The translations under genes were made by a program, and so were the position numbers. Shown here one piece after another: positions 49,123 to 58,820 of a stretch of 64,000 bases of DNA (its first letter is position 1; every line of letters begins with the position of its first letter). Under the pieces are notes generated by a model. The model was not told the origin of the DNA. It ran no database searches and saw only the letters and a program-made list of their open reading frames with translations. This DNA is from an uncultured Christensenella sp. (GTDB lineage: Bacteria; Bacillota; Clostridia; Christensenellales; Christensenellaceae): the NCBI GenBank assembly GCA_964592155.1, contig CAZQDA010000001.1, positions 17,149-81,148 on the forward strand. The letters are read 5' to 3'.

Positions 49123-49656
49123 ATGAAAAAAGGACTAAGAGAAATAATAGAAGACTATAAGAAACGTGGCATTGGGAATGAATCTCATATGTGGAAAATG
49201 GTTGATATGATAGATGATGAATTAATGAAGCCCCTAAAGGAGCATCACCCTAATATATATTGGGATTTTATGCGTGATATTCACGAGATTTATGAGGGCG
49301 AACATTTCAATCAAGAATTTGCAGAGTGGGAGGTATCTCAAATGCACCACAAAGGAACTGACGGAACACTATATAAAGGTCAAAAATGGGGATTAGAGCA
49401 AACTACTCCTATATTTATAAAGATTAAATCTCAACTCACAAAGCCATATAATGAGTTTGACTTCTATGTAATATTGCATTCAATTTGGCACGATTGCTGT
49501 GTTTTGTATCACAAATGGAAACCCGAATATACTGAAGAGCAAATGACCCAAATGTATATAGACGCTACCATAAATTGGCTAAACGATGAAGATTACGGCT
49601 CTAAAGATACAGGCAAGGCGTGGAGGTATTTTGAGGATATGCACGATATAGACTAA
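49123..49656 (+). CDS. Aromatic/acidic helical protein (island)
   Basis: YWDFMRDIHE...HFN..FA...VSQM...YNEFDFYV...WLNDED...KAWRYF. Confidence 0.75.
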   Translation: MKKGLREIIEDYKKRGIGNESHMWKMVDMIDDELMKPLKEHHPNIYWDFMRDIHEIYEGEHFNQEFAEWEVSQMHHKGTDGTLYKGQKWGLEQTTPIFIKIKSQLTKPYNEFDFYVILHSIWHDCCVLYHKWKPEYTEEQMTQMYIDATINWLNDEDYGSKDTGKAWRYFEDMHDID

Positions 49657-49730
49657 AAAAATTAAATTTTTCATTTATATCTCAACTATTTTTCGTATCT
49701 TTGCATATTAATAACTTAAAAATAAATAGT

Positions 49731-50540
49731 ATGCAAGAAGAAATTTGGAAAGACATTATTGGTTATGAGGGATTGTATCAGATTAGTAATTTAGGTAGGG
49801 TTAAATCATTACCTAAAAAATTAAAATGCAGGAATGGATTTTTTAGGATTAAAACAGAGAAAATAATACCAAATAGAATTAACAATAAGGGATATTTTAC
49901 TATCACGTTATGGAATAATTATAAATGTAAAACATTCCTTACTCATAGATTGATAGCAATTCATTTTATTCCTAATATAGAAAATAAACCATGTATAGAC
50001 CACATAGATACAGATAGGCTGAATAATAGCATTGATAATTTACGATGGTGTACTCATAAAGAAAACATGAATAATCCAATTTCTCTTATAAATAATAGTA
50101 CATCTAAGAAAGCATGCTCTTCAAGAACTAATAAAACAAAGAAAGAAAGAGGTCGTAAAACTGCTCCAAAAGATGTGTGCAGGTATGATTTACACGGGAA
50201 ATATATAGATACATTTTATAGTGCTACTGATGCGGAAAACAAAATAGGTATATCACAATCTGATATATCAGCATGCTGTCTAAAGAAAAAACCAAGTGCT
50301 GGTGGATATTTGTGGGCTTTCAGCGGGGATATTCCAAATGAATATAGACCATATCAATCTAAATGTAAAAAAGTAATACAATATGATTTACATGGTAGCT
50401 TAATTAAGGAATGGGATTCATTTAAAGAAGCCACTGAAATAACTGGGGTTAAAAATATATATAAATGCTGTGTTGGATTAAGAGCCAAAGCAGGTGGATA
50501 TAAATGGAAATATAAAGGAGAAGAAAATGCCGAAACGTAA
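49731..50540 (+). CDS. NUMOD4-HNH homing endonuclease with own promoter (TATCTTTG at 49696-49703)
   Basis: EEIWKDIIGYEGLYQISNLGRVKS; THRLIA...DHIDTDRLNNSIDNLRWC; two NUMOD1-like repeats. Confidence 0.9.
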   Translation: MQEEIWKDIIGYEGLYQISNLGRVKSLPKKLKCRNGFFRIKTEKIIPNRINNKGYFTITLWNNYKCKTFLTHRLIAIHFIPNIENKPCIDHIDTDRLNNSIDNLRWCTHKENMNNPISLINNSTSKKACSSRTNKTKKERGRKTAPKDVCRYDLHGKYIDTFYSATDAENKIGISQSDISACCLKKKPSAGGYLWAFSGDIPNEYRPYQSKCKKVIQYDLHGSLIKEWDSFKEATEITGVKNIYKCCVGLRAKAGGYKWKYKGEENAET

Positions 50541-50697
50541 ACCAACAAAGAAACAAAAGGCTAAAGTAGCGAAAGTGATGTCTGAATATGGGAGCGGCAA
50601 GCTAAAATCGAGTAGCGGACGAAAAATAACCTCTCAACGGCAGGCAATCGCGGTAGCACTCAGTGAGGCAAATTTAGCCCGTAAAAAGAAAAAATAA
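50527..50697 (+). CDS. Small basic protein (resembles the DUF6496 family, from recall)
   Basis: KVAKVMSEY..GKLKSSSGRKITS.RQAIAVALSEA. Confidence 0.65.
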   Translation: MPKRKPTKKQKAKVAKVMSEYGSGKLKSSSGRKITSQRQAIAVALSEANLARKKKK

Positions 50698-50698
50698 T

Positions 50699-50923
50699 AT
50701 GTGTCAAAATTGCACTTGCGCTCATAAGGTAGAGCCTAAAACAGTTAGAGAATTGTTGAAAGAATTGAATAGCGATATGGCTTATGCAGAATTTGAAAGC
50801 GTAAAAGAGAAATTAGCCATTGCTATTGAAAAAGAAAAGAGTGTCGAATTTAGTAAGTTGCACGATAAAAATAACGAGATACTAACTAAAATTAAAGAAC
50901 TTACTTATCTTATTGTTAAATAG
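50699..50923 (+). CDS. Hypothetical protein with N-terminal CxxCxC
   Basis: ORF track. Confidence 0.6.
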   Translation: MCQNCTCAHKVEPKTVRELLKELNSDMAYAEFESVKEKLAIAIEKEKSVEFSKLHDKNNEILTKIKELTYLIVK

Positions 50924-50960
50924 AAAATGCCCCTTTCTTTCGATTGGGGCATTGCTTTTT
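50924..50960. terminator. Bidirectional terminator between convergent units
   Basis: AATGCCCC/GGGGCATT stem with A-run and T-run flanks. Confidence 0.65.
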
Positions 50961-51536
50961 TACCGCTTCTTTTTCTTTTTAGGCTTTGTTTCTACACATG
51001 TAACCATCGTTTCTGTAACAGCTGTTTCGCTATACGAGCAGTCGCTACATCCTGTTTTAGGCTCTTTGAGCAATGCTATCTCCGCGTTAGCGTCATTAAG
51101 TTCGTCTTGAACATTAGACATTTTTACTTGTAATGCCTTGTATTCCTTTTCGAGTTTCATGCACTTCTCGATAGCCTCTCCACAATCTTTTTCTGATACC
51201 TTTAGGTTTTTAATAGTTTTAGAAAGCTCCTTTTCGAGGCTTGAAACTTTCAATTCAGCATCTGTCTTGTCCGTAACCAACTTGTTGTACGTACTTGTTT
51301 TAATAATTTTCATAGTTAATTTTTAATTAAAGTTATTTTTTATTTGTAATACTTGATTTAAACAATAGTCCCGATAGCAGTCCTAATCCCAGTGCCTGCC
51401 AAAAGTTAATTTTTATTAGTCCGAAAATTAGTGGCATAAGCCAATTCCATAGCCACATAATAGGTAGAGCAAGTAGTAGTGCCCCGATAGCGATAGTTAC
51501 AATAGCAATAAGCGTCAATCCAAAAATCTCTTTCAT
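50960..51536 (-). other. Coiled-coil protein (50960-51313) and small two-TM membrane protein (51333-51536)
   Basis: ORF track. Confidence 0.6.
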
Positions 51537-51537
51537 T

Positions 51538-52104
51538 TTATTTAATTGTTATAAGTTGTTCCGAAAAAGGTAGTCCTTCAATAAACTTACAAAATTGTCG
51601 CCATTGAGGTAATCTATGGTCTTTACGTTGAAAATAAATTCTACGCAAAGTCTGATAGCTAAACATTTGAATGCGTTTCTGCATAGTACCCTCGGTAAGA
51701 TTAGACTTCATTTCTACAAGTTCATCTTCCGACATTCCTTGACCTTGGATGTGCATAGTGCTCTCACTACTCAATCTATCTGTTCCGATTCTATATGGGT
51801 CAATTTCTTGCCAAATGTAGCGCGGTGCATTTATTTCAAGATATACATTAATACCCCTAATAACTTTTGCGTGCTCGTCGCCTCTTTTGATGAGAGTAGA
51901 CATTAATGTGAGATCTTTTTCGTCAATGTCTATATCGCCACTAATTTCAATATGATTATTGTTACTATACCATTGATCGAAATTAACATATCCCCTGCTT
52001 CGACACTCTCTACCAAATGGCAATCTCAATGCTTTAAGCGCAGACACAAATCCACTAATCTCAATCAACTCTATCTGAATCTCTTTGTTCATTTTTAAAT
52101 TCAT
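51538..52104 (-). CDS. Divergent ThyX-like (flavin-dependent thymidylate synthase fold) protein
   Basis: H.KV.R...V...I.APRYIWQEID.YR....SSESTMH pattern; canonical RHRx7S motif absent. Confidence 0.5.
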   Translation of the reverse strand: MNLKMNKEIQIELIEISGFVSALKALRLPFGRECRSRGYVNFDQWYSNNNHIEISGDIDIDEKDLTLMSTLIKRGDEHAKVIRGINVYLEINAPRYIWQEIDPYRIGTDRLSSESTMHIQGQGMSEDELVEMKSNLTEGTMQKRIQMFSYQTLRRIYFQRKDHRLPQWRQFCKFIEGLPFSEQLITIK

Positions 52105-52540
52105 TAAATTTTTTCATCACTCTATTGTAATACCATTGACCTTTTTTAGGGTCTTTTTTATGCGCCCAAACACCTCTCGAATGTTGCTTTGATCCTATCT
52201 CAAAACACTTCGTAGGATTGTATTTATTCTGCATGTAGTCAAACATCAATCTGCATCTATCCAAATTATGTCTATCAGAAAGGGTAAAAACATGATCACT
52301 CTGAATCTTATTTACTTGTGCGACATATCTTTCGTCCGATTGGATATATCCTACACATTCCCCATTAACAGCATAAGCATTAAACTGACTCTCAACAGCG
52401 ACTATTGAGTAGAAAAAGTAATTCCAATTTATTTCCTCGTTAAGTATATGCTCAAAACTTGATTGCTTTAACATATACATATTTAGAGTGTTCTTGCATG
52501 ACGTTCCAATTAAGATACACATAATAAGGAATAGGCGCAT
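52061..52540 (-). CDS. Lytic transglycosylase / lysozyme-like protein with signal sequence
   Basis: IVAVESQFNAYA...VGYIQ SLT-like catalytic motif. Confidence 0.65.
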   Translation of the reverse strand: MRLFLIMCILIGTSCKNTLNMYMLKQSSFEHILNEEINWNYFFYSIVAVESQFNAYAVNGECVGYIQSDERYVAQVNKIQSDHVFTLSDRHNLDRCRLMFDYMQNKYNPTKCFEIGSKQHSRGVWAHKKDPKKGQWYYNRVMKKFNEFKNEQRDSDRVD

Positions 52541-52546
52541 AGTATT

Positions 52547-53026
52547 TTATTTTTCAGATAGACGATTCATTTCATAGCGAGTGACATCCCTGATAATATC
52601 ATCAATATATTGCTTATCATCTTTGTCGTAAGTCTTTGCAAAATAATAAACATCAATATCCATTAATTCTTTATTTTTTGCAGATAACTTACCATCAAAA
52701 CCATCCTTCTCGATAAATTCAACTATTGAAATATAATCATCATCTTCATATGTACCAAAGTAATCTGCACCCCAAAGATACTTATACTTTCTCTTAACTT
52801 TATTTTCAATAGTATCTTTTAGCGTCATACGATTTGTTACATCTGGATTAAACTGCTTGATAACATCGCAAATATTAAATTTAACAACGCCATCGTCCAC
52901 GATACTATGTATCTTATCTGATTTAGCCCAAATGCACAAAGGTGTAATGTCGTAGTTGTGTTTATGCTTTACATAGCCTATGCACTGACTGATGCACTGA
53001 TATTCACTATTTGTAGCCATATTCAA
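52547..53026 (-). CDS. Hypothetical protein
   Basis: ORF track. Confidence 0.55.
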   Translation of the reverse strand: MNMATNSEYQCISQCIGYVKHKHNYDITPLCIWAKSDKIHSIVDDGVVKFNICDVIKQFNPDVTNRMTLKDTIENKVKRKYKYLWGADYFGTYEDDDYISIVEFIEKDGFDGKLSAKNKELMDIDVYYFAKTYDKDDKQYIDDIIRDVTRYEMNRLSEK

Positions 53027-53387
53027 CGATCTCCATTAATACCTTATAACGTTCGCGTGCCGCAGAATCTGTCTTTAACAATTCGCCAAATTTATGAATG
53101 CCATAAGTAACTATTGAACTATCAAAATTAGTCAATCGCGCAATTCTATGTGGCTTCTCTTTCATAACATCTGAAATAGCGTACCAATACATATATCGAG
53201 CCTCGCTATTCTTATATATTCCATCAGCAACAGTCATAGCCTCACAATCGACACCATACAACCCCGCAGAACCAACCATAAGTTTATTATACATGTTCCA
53301 ATTAAACTTATTCATAAGCTCCCATACAGTCTTTCGATCCTCATCTGTGAGGTGGTTGGGCATATCTAAAATATTATCTTTATTCAT
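53007..53387 (-). CDS. DnaA C-terminal-like HTH protein
   Basis: ARYMYWY...IARLTNFDSSIVTYG..K pattern. Confidence 0.55.
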   Translation of the reverse strand: MNKDNILDMPNHLTDEDRKTVWELMNKFNWNMYNKLMVGSAGLYGVDCEAMTVADGIYKNSEARYMYWYAISDVMKEKPHRIARLTNFDSSIVTYGIHKFGELLKTDSAARERYKVLMEIVEYGYK

Positions 53388-53409
53388 AAATATTAAAAAA
53401 TTTTAATTA

Positions 53410-53715
53410 TTAAAATGGAAGATCTTCCGATGGTGCTACATTTGTTTTGGTGGTATCATGCGCAACCTGTTTTGTCGAAGAGTTGTTGTTGAATGTAAAA
53501 CTCTTTCCATTGCCTACATATACAATTTGAGCCTTTGAATCGCGCTCGTCTTTTGTCTGCATAACAGAAATACTGAAATCATTGCCAAATTTATCAGCCC
53601 CATTTTTGTTTGGTCGCGCAGTTAGATTAACATACATTTTCCCGTTCTTCTCGCTCTTTGTCATCTTCTCTTTTGGAATGTCACTAAGACATACGCTGAA
53701 ATTAATTAAATCCAT
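53410..53715 (-). CDS. ssb: Single-stranded DNA-binding protein (promoter element at 53759-53766)
   Basis: OB-fold-like KNGKMYVNL...YVGNGK and acidic C-terminal DLPF. Confidence 0.75.
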   Translation of the reverse strand: MDLINFSVCLSDIPKEKMTKSEKNGKMYVNLTARPNKNGADKFGNDFSISVMQTKDERDSKAQIVYVGNGKSFTFNNNSSTKQVAHDTTKTNVAPSEDLPF

Positions 53716-53893
53716 AATTTTTTATTAGTTAATAATTGTTTATTGTTATTTGATACTGCAAAGATAAACATAATTTTTGATATATGCAATAGGCAACATA
53801 AAAAAGTTTGTATTTTGTGCAAAATAAAAGATAGATGCCGATGCGAGCACGCACCACGCACGTACAACAACAGCACCTATCTATTATTTCAAA

Positions 53894-55813
53894 TTATGCC
53901 AATGAACAAACTCCACCAGCACACCCCACTGCGACGTAATCACTCGCATCATTAACACTCTTTTCGCTCATTATATCAATGAAATTAATATCATTTTTAT
54001 AAATATAATTTTCAATATCTATAAATTCTTTCTTTATTTCATCATTGTACAATCTCGTAAAAGGAGCTAATTCGTAAATCTCATCCCCCGCCTTTGGTAG
54101 TAATGATACTCCGGTCAGCAAGTGGGTATTCGTATGCAGAATTGCTGCAACCTCATTCCATTCATCGTCCTTAACCTCTATAGTACAACTTACATTGTGA
54201 TTAACAGTCTTTTCGGCACTTCCTTTATTGACCCAAAAGTGTTTCAGCATCTTAACATAATCTAAATGCTCCACGGCCGAAAGATCATCTTTAAATACAG
54301 CATTCGGATTATTCACAGTAATCGGGAAAGATATAACAGCATTGTCCCAATCAATAACTCGTATCATAGGGCTGTCTTTAAGTGCTTTGTATTCCGGGCT
54401 ACTTGTCTTAATTCTAATACGTCTCAAATACTGTTTCGAATGCGCCGGGTGACATCCGCTATGTGTTAATGCTAAAATAGCACTTGCATTGCCACTCGGC
54501 TTCTGACATGTAGTTGTACGTGAAGCGTTTATATTAAAAACTTCAGCCCACTCCTTATTTGAGTTTACAACAACTTTAGCACCTCGCATCAACAAATCTT
54601 TATCAAGTAATTTATTGCAAATAGAACCTGTAATAGATACGCCAATATTCCTATCTCTCTCTGCGATATCTTGGCTTGTTTTTGACAAATATTTAAAATT
54701 TGTATACAACGATTGAAGTGTTCCGATAAATGCCGCTACATCGCACGCTAAAATAAAATCCTCTGCACTTTTAATCATTTCGGCGTTAATCTCGCACAAG
54801 TTACAGAATGCCCATCCTGTTTTGTTATTAATAGTAGGTTTTAGTAGTATCTCCCCGCAAGGATTGACTACATATTTATAATTAGGAACATTAATAAAAC
54901 CGGGCTCTCCAAATTGTCTAATAACGCTCAACTTTGATTTCAAATCTGAATAACTGAATTTATCATCATAAGCCGTACAGATACTGTTATTTGCCATTGC
55001 ACGTTGAGGATTATCTTGCCACCATGTTCCAGACTTTGCCGTTAGCATGTCGTTATCATCTTTATCGAATAGACATATTGCTGCACTCCGCCTAACACCA
55101 CCCGAAACAACACTTTCCGCAATGTAGCAAATAATGTCGTGTATCTCGATACTCTTTAATTTCCTATCTGCAACTGTGGAAAAAACCTTTCTGATATTTT
55201 CATGCGCCTTGCGTAGCGGCCTACTCCCCGGAGCTTTAAACCTACCGTTAATTAAATAATCTTTAGGTCTGATTTTTGAATAGTCAAATTCTACATCTCG
55301 CCCATCAAAGAGCGCAAACATCAACTCTTTGATACTATCAGCCCATCCCTCAATAGAATCGTCAATAGCGTAGTTTGTAACAATATTTGTCTTATGTTTT
55401 ACAATAGGCAACTTATTGATATATTCTTTATGCATAGAATATCCGATGCCACATCCACACAATAACAAATACATTGCCTCGCTGAAAAATTCTACTCTAT
55501 CTACATATGACCCACAGCAGTTGTAAATTTTAGATTCTGACTTCAAAATTCCACTATCCCAATCAGGAAATGCAAATTGTCTGCCTCGCTGTGAAGATAG
55601 CAATATCTTTTTATTCTCCAAATACTCTGCTTTAGATAAATAATTTTCAACATCATTATTAAGTAGTCCCAAACTCTCTAACTTAAGCCTATGTGTTTGG
55701 TATATTCTATTATTTACATCATCCCATGTCTCTAAATCGCCATTGTCCTTTTTTTGAGCGTACTTGGATACAAATACATACTCGGCCATTAAATTTAATC
55801 CTTTGTCATTCAT
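53894..55813 (-). CDS. nrdJ: Class II (adenosylcobalamin-dependent) ribonucleotide reductase
   Basis: YNC, GGVRRSA, NPCGEI, CNLCEIN and TTCQKPSGN motifs; C-terminal CAGGVC; no small subunit gene nearby. Confidence 0.92.
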   Translation of the reverse strand: MNDKGLNLMAEYVFVSKYAQKKDNGDLETWDDVNNRIYQTHRLKLESLGLLNNDVENYLSKAEYLENKKILLSSQRGRQFAFPDWDSGILKSESKIYNCCGSYVDRVEFFSEAMYLLLCGCGIGYSMHKEYINKLPIVKHKTNIVTNYAIDDSIEGWADSIKELMFALFDGRDVEFDYSKIRPKDYLINGRFKAPGSRPLRKAHENIRKVFSTVADRKLKSIEIHDIICYIAESVVSGGVRRSAAICLFDKDDNDMLTAKSGTWWQDNPQRAMANNSICTAYDDKFSYSDLKSKLSVIRQFGEPGFINVPNYKYVVNPCGEILLKPTINNKTGWAFCNLCEINAEMIKSAEDFILACDVAAFIGTLQSLYTNFKYLSKTSQDIAERDRNIGVSITGSICNKLLDKDLLMRGAKVVVNSNKEWAEVFNINASRTTTCQKPSGNASAILALTHSGCHPAHSKQYLRRIRIKTSSPEYKALKDSPMIRVIDWDNAVISFPITVNNPNAVFKDDLSAVEHLDYVKMLKHFWVNKGSAEKTVNHNVSCTIEVKDDEWNEVAAILHTNTHLLTGVSLLPKAGDEIYELAPFTRLYNDEIKKEFIDIENYIYKNDINFIDIMSEKSVNDASDYVAVGCAGGVCSLA

Positions 55814-55826
55814 CTGTTATTTAAAA

Positions 55827-56210
55827 TTAATAAGTAAGTTCTTTTTCGCATTCATCATTAACCTTTTCATATATGCTATGTGATATATTGAAGAACATAT
55901 CTATTTCTTTGTCATTCATAGCTCCTAAATCGCGACCAAAACGCTCTGCTGATATTCGAGTACTATTCATATCTCTTATGAGCTTATTTAGCCTGTATTT
56001 AGTGTTTATGTTTAAATCACTACCGTACTTCTGCATCTCCGCGCAAGAATCAAATATCAACTGGTAGAATACGTCTGATAAAATAAATATCTTATATACT
56101 TCTTTGTTGATCCGCTTTTCATCATCTGCATATTCCGGTTCTAATATAGGCAATTCACGATTCTTCTTGGCCTTTGAAATAGCCATGCTGTTTTTAATTT
56201 GTTTGTTCAT
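55827..56210 (-). CDS. Hypothetical protein
   Basis: ORF track. Confidence 0.55.
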   Translation of the reverse strand: MNKQIKNSMAISKAKKNRELPILEPEYADDEKRINKEVYKIFILSDVFYQLIFDSCAEMQKYGSDLNINTKYRLNKLIRDMNSTRISAERFGRDLGAMNDKEIDMFFNISHSIYEKVNDECEKELTY

Positions 56211-56213
56211 AGT

Positions 56214-58301
56214 TTAAAAAGGTACTTCGTCATCATCATAATTCATGTTATCAAAATCGTAGTTAGGTTCAAAGTTATTAATTGAATTTGTGAAATCTAA
56301 ATTTTGTTCCGAGCATGTTTCTTGCCAACCGTAGATTGGGTTTTCGTAAGGCTCATTAAGAAATCTACCACTTTCTTTCTCATAATACAGCCCAAACAAA
56401 GACCCCATCAATGACCCTTTACTTCTTAATTTAGCCACCTCAATGACATTTGAGAACATTGAGAATTTGGCAAAAGTACCGTGCCCGAAAAAATCATCTA
56501 CATCTCTCTCAAAATCTCTATTATACTCATTTTCATTCATTTTTACACGATGAAAAATTAATACATTTTGAGCCAAGTTAGTGATATTACCTGATCCACT
56601 AACGTGATTAAGTCTTAATAGACCAGAGCTTTTATTTGGATGGCAAACAAGTATTATATGAATATTATATTTTTTTGCTAATTGTGTTAATATTAATAAT
56701 ACTTGCTTATTCTTTTCATTTGAATCGCCATTAAGTTCAGAGTCATCAATAGTAAGAAGATTATCCAATACTACTAAATCAAGTTTATCTTCTTTGATTT
56801 TATCCTCAATAGCTTTCTCGATTTGCTTTACCGCATTACTATAAGCATTATTATATAAAGAAACATAATTATCAATCCAACTATCAATCTTTTGCTCTAT
56901 ATGTGTTGGCGTATAATAATACTCGGTATTACCTTTTTTCTTATTATATTGCCTGCCGCTTGCCATAAGATATAACCATTGCCTAAACTCTCCGCTATCT
57001 AATTCGCCAGAAAATACACCTGTTTTATATCCAATATTTGAAGCGTTAAGAATAATCATATCAAGTATGCTTGTCTTGCCACAACCACGTAAGCCTGTAA
57101 CAATAGTAACGTGTTTTTTCATTAACCCAATAGCTCGTTTATCAAACTCCTTAAATCCTGTCGGAATAAAATCTGCCTCGTTTAATTGTGGTGTCTTTAC
57201 GGAGCTTAATTTAAGCCAAATATCTCCTTTCTCATCGTCTTGTTCTTGTGGCTTAAATTCCTTTACATTACGATTAAATTGCGGAGGTTTATAGTCATAT
57301 TTATCCCTTTTATCATAAGCGTTAGGCTCATATAGCATTCTTACGTCCTGCCACGTCTTATCAGAATCAGATGCGTGAAAACACTTGAATCCTATCGCAC
57401 CATTATTCATTAAAAATATCGCAGCATCCTTTTGTCTATGATTAGAATTAAACGGACAATGGTCTAATATGTATTTAGTTCCACCACTAAATGATATTCT
57501 TTCTTTTACGCCAATTCCATATTTAGATAAAAAGTTATCTAAATTAAACTCATCTCTACCATAATTATTTTTATATGTAGGTTTTTCTTTTTCAGGTATA
57601 AGAGATGCAACTTTCTCGATAAGCTCTTTTGGCGTTGGCTTAATCTCTTGCGGAACTCGAATTATCTTACTTAAACGCTGTGGTCTATCGGCATTACTTT
57701 TAGTCCCCTTTCTGCTATATGTCCCCGCTACCTTGACGATTCTTGACCCGTTGAATACCGACAAATCTACTTTAATTAAATCGGTAGAAAACATCATATC
57801 AATAGCGTGAAGAAACTTTTTAATTAACTCATCATTTTCTTTACTCTGAATAATGTTTATAGGAATCAAAATATGGTGTCCGTTACCCGAAAATGTGCAA
57901 ATACTCTCCGAAAACCCCATACGCCTAATATAGTCATAAACGTTATTTGCCACCTTTCCGCACTCAGCTATCTCATTATCAGTGCTGTTAGTGTCACTTG
58001 GACGGTGCGGGTCAAAATCTAAGAGAATATATGATTTAATTGTAATGTCGTTATCACTTGTGGTTGCTTTTGGATATTGAGTTATTTTATTGCACTGTTC
58101 CCTTGAAAAACACGCCTCGTTTATTCTGTTTAACGTAACGTATATTGCACAATTCTCGTATTGCTTTGTGGCATTATAGGCGGTTTCTGAATCCTTAAAA
58201 TAGCCAGAATATGTTTTTTTGCCGTCTAATATCCTTATCTCAAAAAGTTCGCCATTTGGTTTTAATACGTCTAAATATTTTCTGAACTCTATTTCATTCA
58301 T
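56214..58301 (-). CDS. AEP-type primase fused to a DnaB/SF4 helicase (promoter element at 58332-58339)
   Basis: LLDFD, SGNGHH and D.SVFN.SRI primase motifs; CPF..H Zn region; GLRGCGKT, LDNL and HPNK helicase motifs. Confidence 0.88.
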   Translation of the reverse strand: MNEIEFRKYLDVLKPNGELFEIRILDGKKTYSGYFKDSETAYNATKQYENCAIYVTLNRINEACFSREQCNKITQYPKATTSDNDITIKSYILLDFDPHRPSDTNSTDNEIAECGKVANNVYDYIRRMGFSESICTFSGNGHHILIPINIIQSKENDELIKKFLHAIDMMFSTDLIKVDLSVFNGSRIVKVAGTYSRKGTKSNADRPQRLSKIIRVPQEIKPTPKELIEKVASLIPEKEKPTYKNNYGRDEFNLDNFLSKYGIGVKERISFSGGTKYILDHCPFNSNHRQKDAAIFLMNNGAIGFKCFHASDSDKTWQDVRMLYEPNAYDKRDKYDYKPPQFNRNVKEFKPQEQDDEKGDIWLKLSSVKTPQLNEADFIPTGFKEFDKRAIGLMKKHVTIVTGLRGCGKTSILDMIILNASNIGYKTGVFSGELDSGEFRQWLYLMASGRQYNKKKGNTEYYYTPTHIEQKIDSWIDNYVSLYNNAYSNAVKQIEKAIEDKIKEDKLDLVVLDNLLTIDDSELNGDSNEKNKQVLLILTQLAKKYNIHIILVCHPNKSSGLLRLNHVSGSGNITNLAQNVLIFHRVKMNENEYNRDFERDVDDFFGHGTFAKFSMFSNVIEVAKLRSKGSLMGSLFGLYYEKESGRFLNEPYENPIYGWQETCSEQNLDFTNSINNFEPNYDFDNMNYDDDEVPF

Positions 58302-58358
58302 ATATTACATTTCAGTTTTTAATTTGGGACACAAAGATAATAAAAATTACCTTATATT

Positions 58359-58820
58359 CTACCTATCAACCCAATTATTTGCAATAAAAATTTTCTTACC
58401 GTCTGCACTTATTTGACCGTCAATAGGTTTATCATTTTGAGTTTGTTTCTTATTAGCCAAAATCTTATTCCATACTTGTGGTGTCGGGTCGTGAAAGCCT
58501 TTGTACTCCTTACTGATAAGATAATCGACTAAAACATCTGCCGTATTGGGGTCGTTTTTAGAGTACTCAACCATTTCATTATACGCAGTTTCGATACCTC
58601 TTTGTGTCTTATACATACCGCCATTATCTCGTTTGTATGTGCACCATTTTCTAAAAGCATCTTTGAAATTATCTTGAATGAATGAATAATCTATCTCTTT
58701 TTTAGGCTTACGTTTTTTCTTCTCTACGCCCTTACACTCCAATTCGTGCTTAATCATAAATTCTTTGTCGGAGGAGATTAGATTACAAGAATCACAAATG
58801 TATATAGTATGCTTTTTCAT
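58359..58820 (-). CDS. Replication initiator / helicase-loader-like protein with N-terminal Zn finger
   Basis: CDSC...H...C; F..W..YK...YKGF C-terminal domain typical of phage replisome organisers. Confidence 0.5.
   Translation of the reverse strand: MKKHTIYICDSCNLISSDKEFMIKHELECKGVEKKKRKPKKEIDYSFIQDNFKDAFRKWCTYKRDNGGMYKTQRGIETAYNEMVEYSKNDPNTADVLVDYLISKEYKGFHDPTPQVWNKILANKKQTQNDKPIDGQISADGKKIFIANNWVDR

Noticed and set aside
53894-58301. Introns or inteins in nrdJ, primase-helicase or terminase
   Set aside because: The ORFs are continuous and of expected size, with no intein splice motifs or embedded endonuclease domains.
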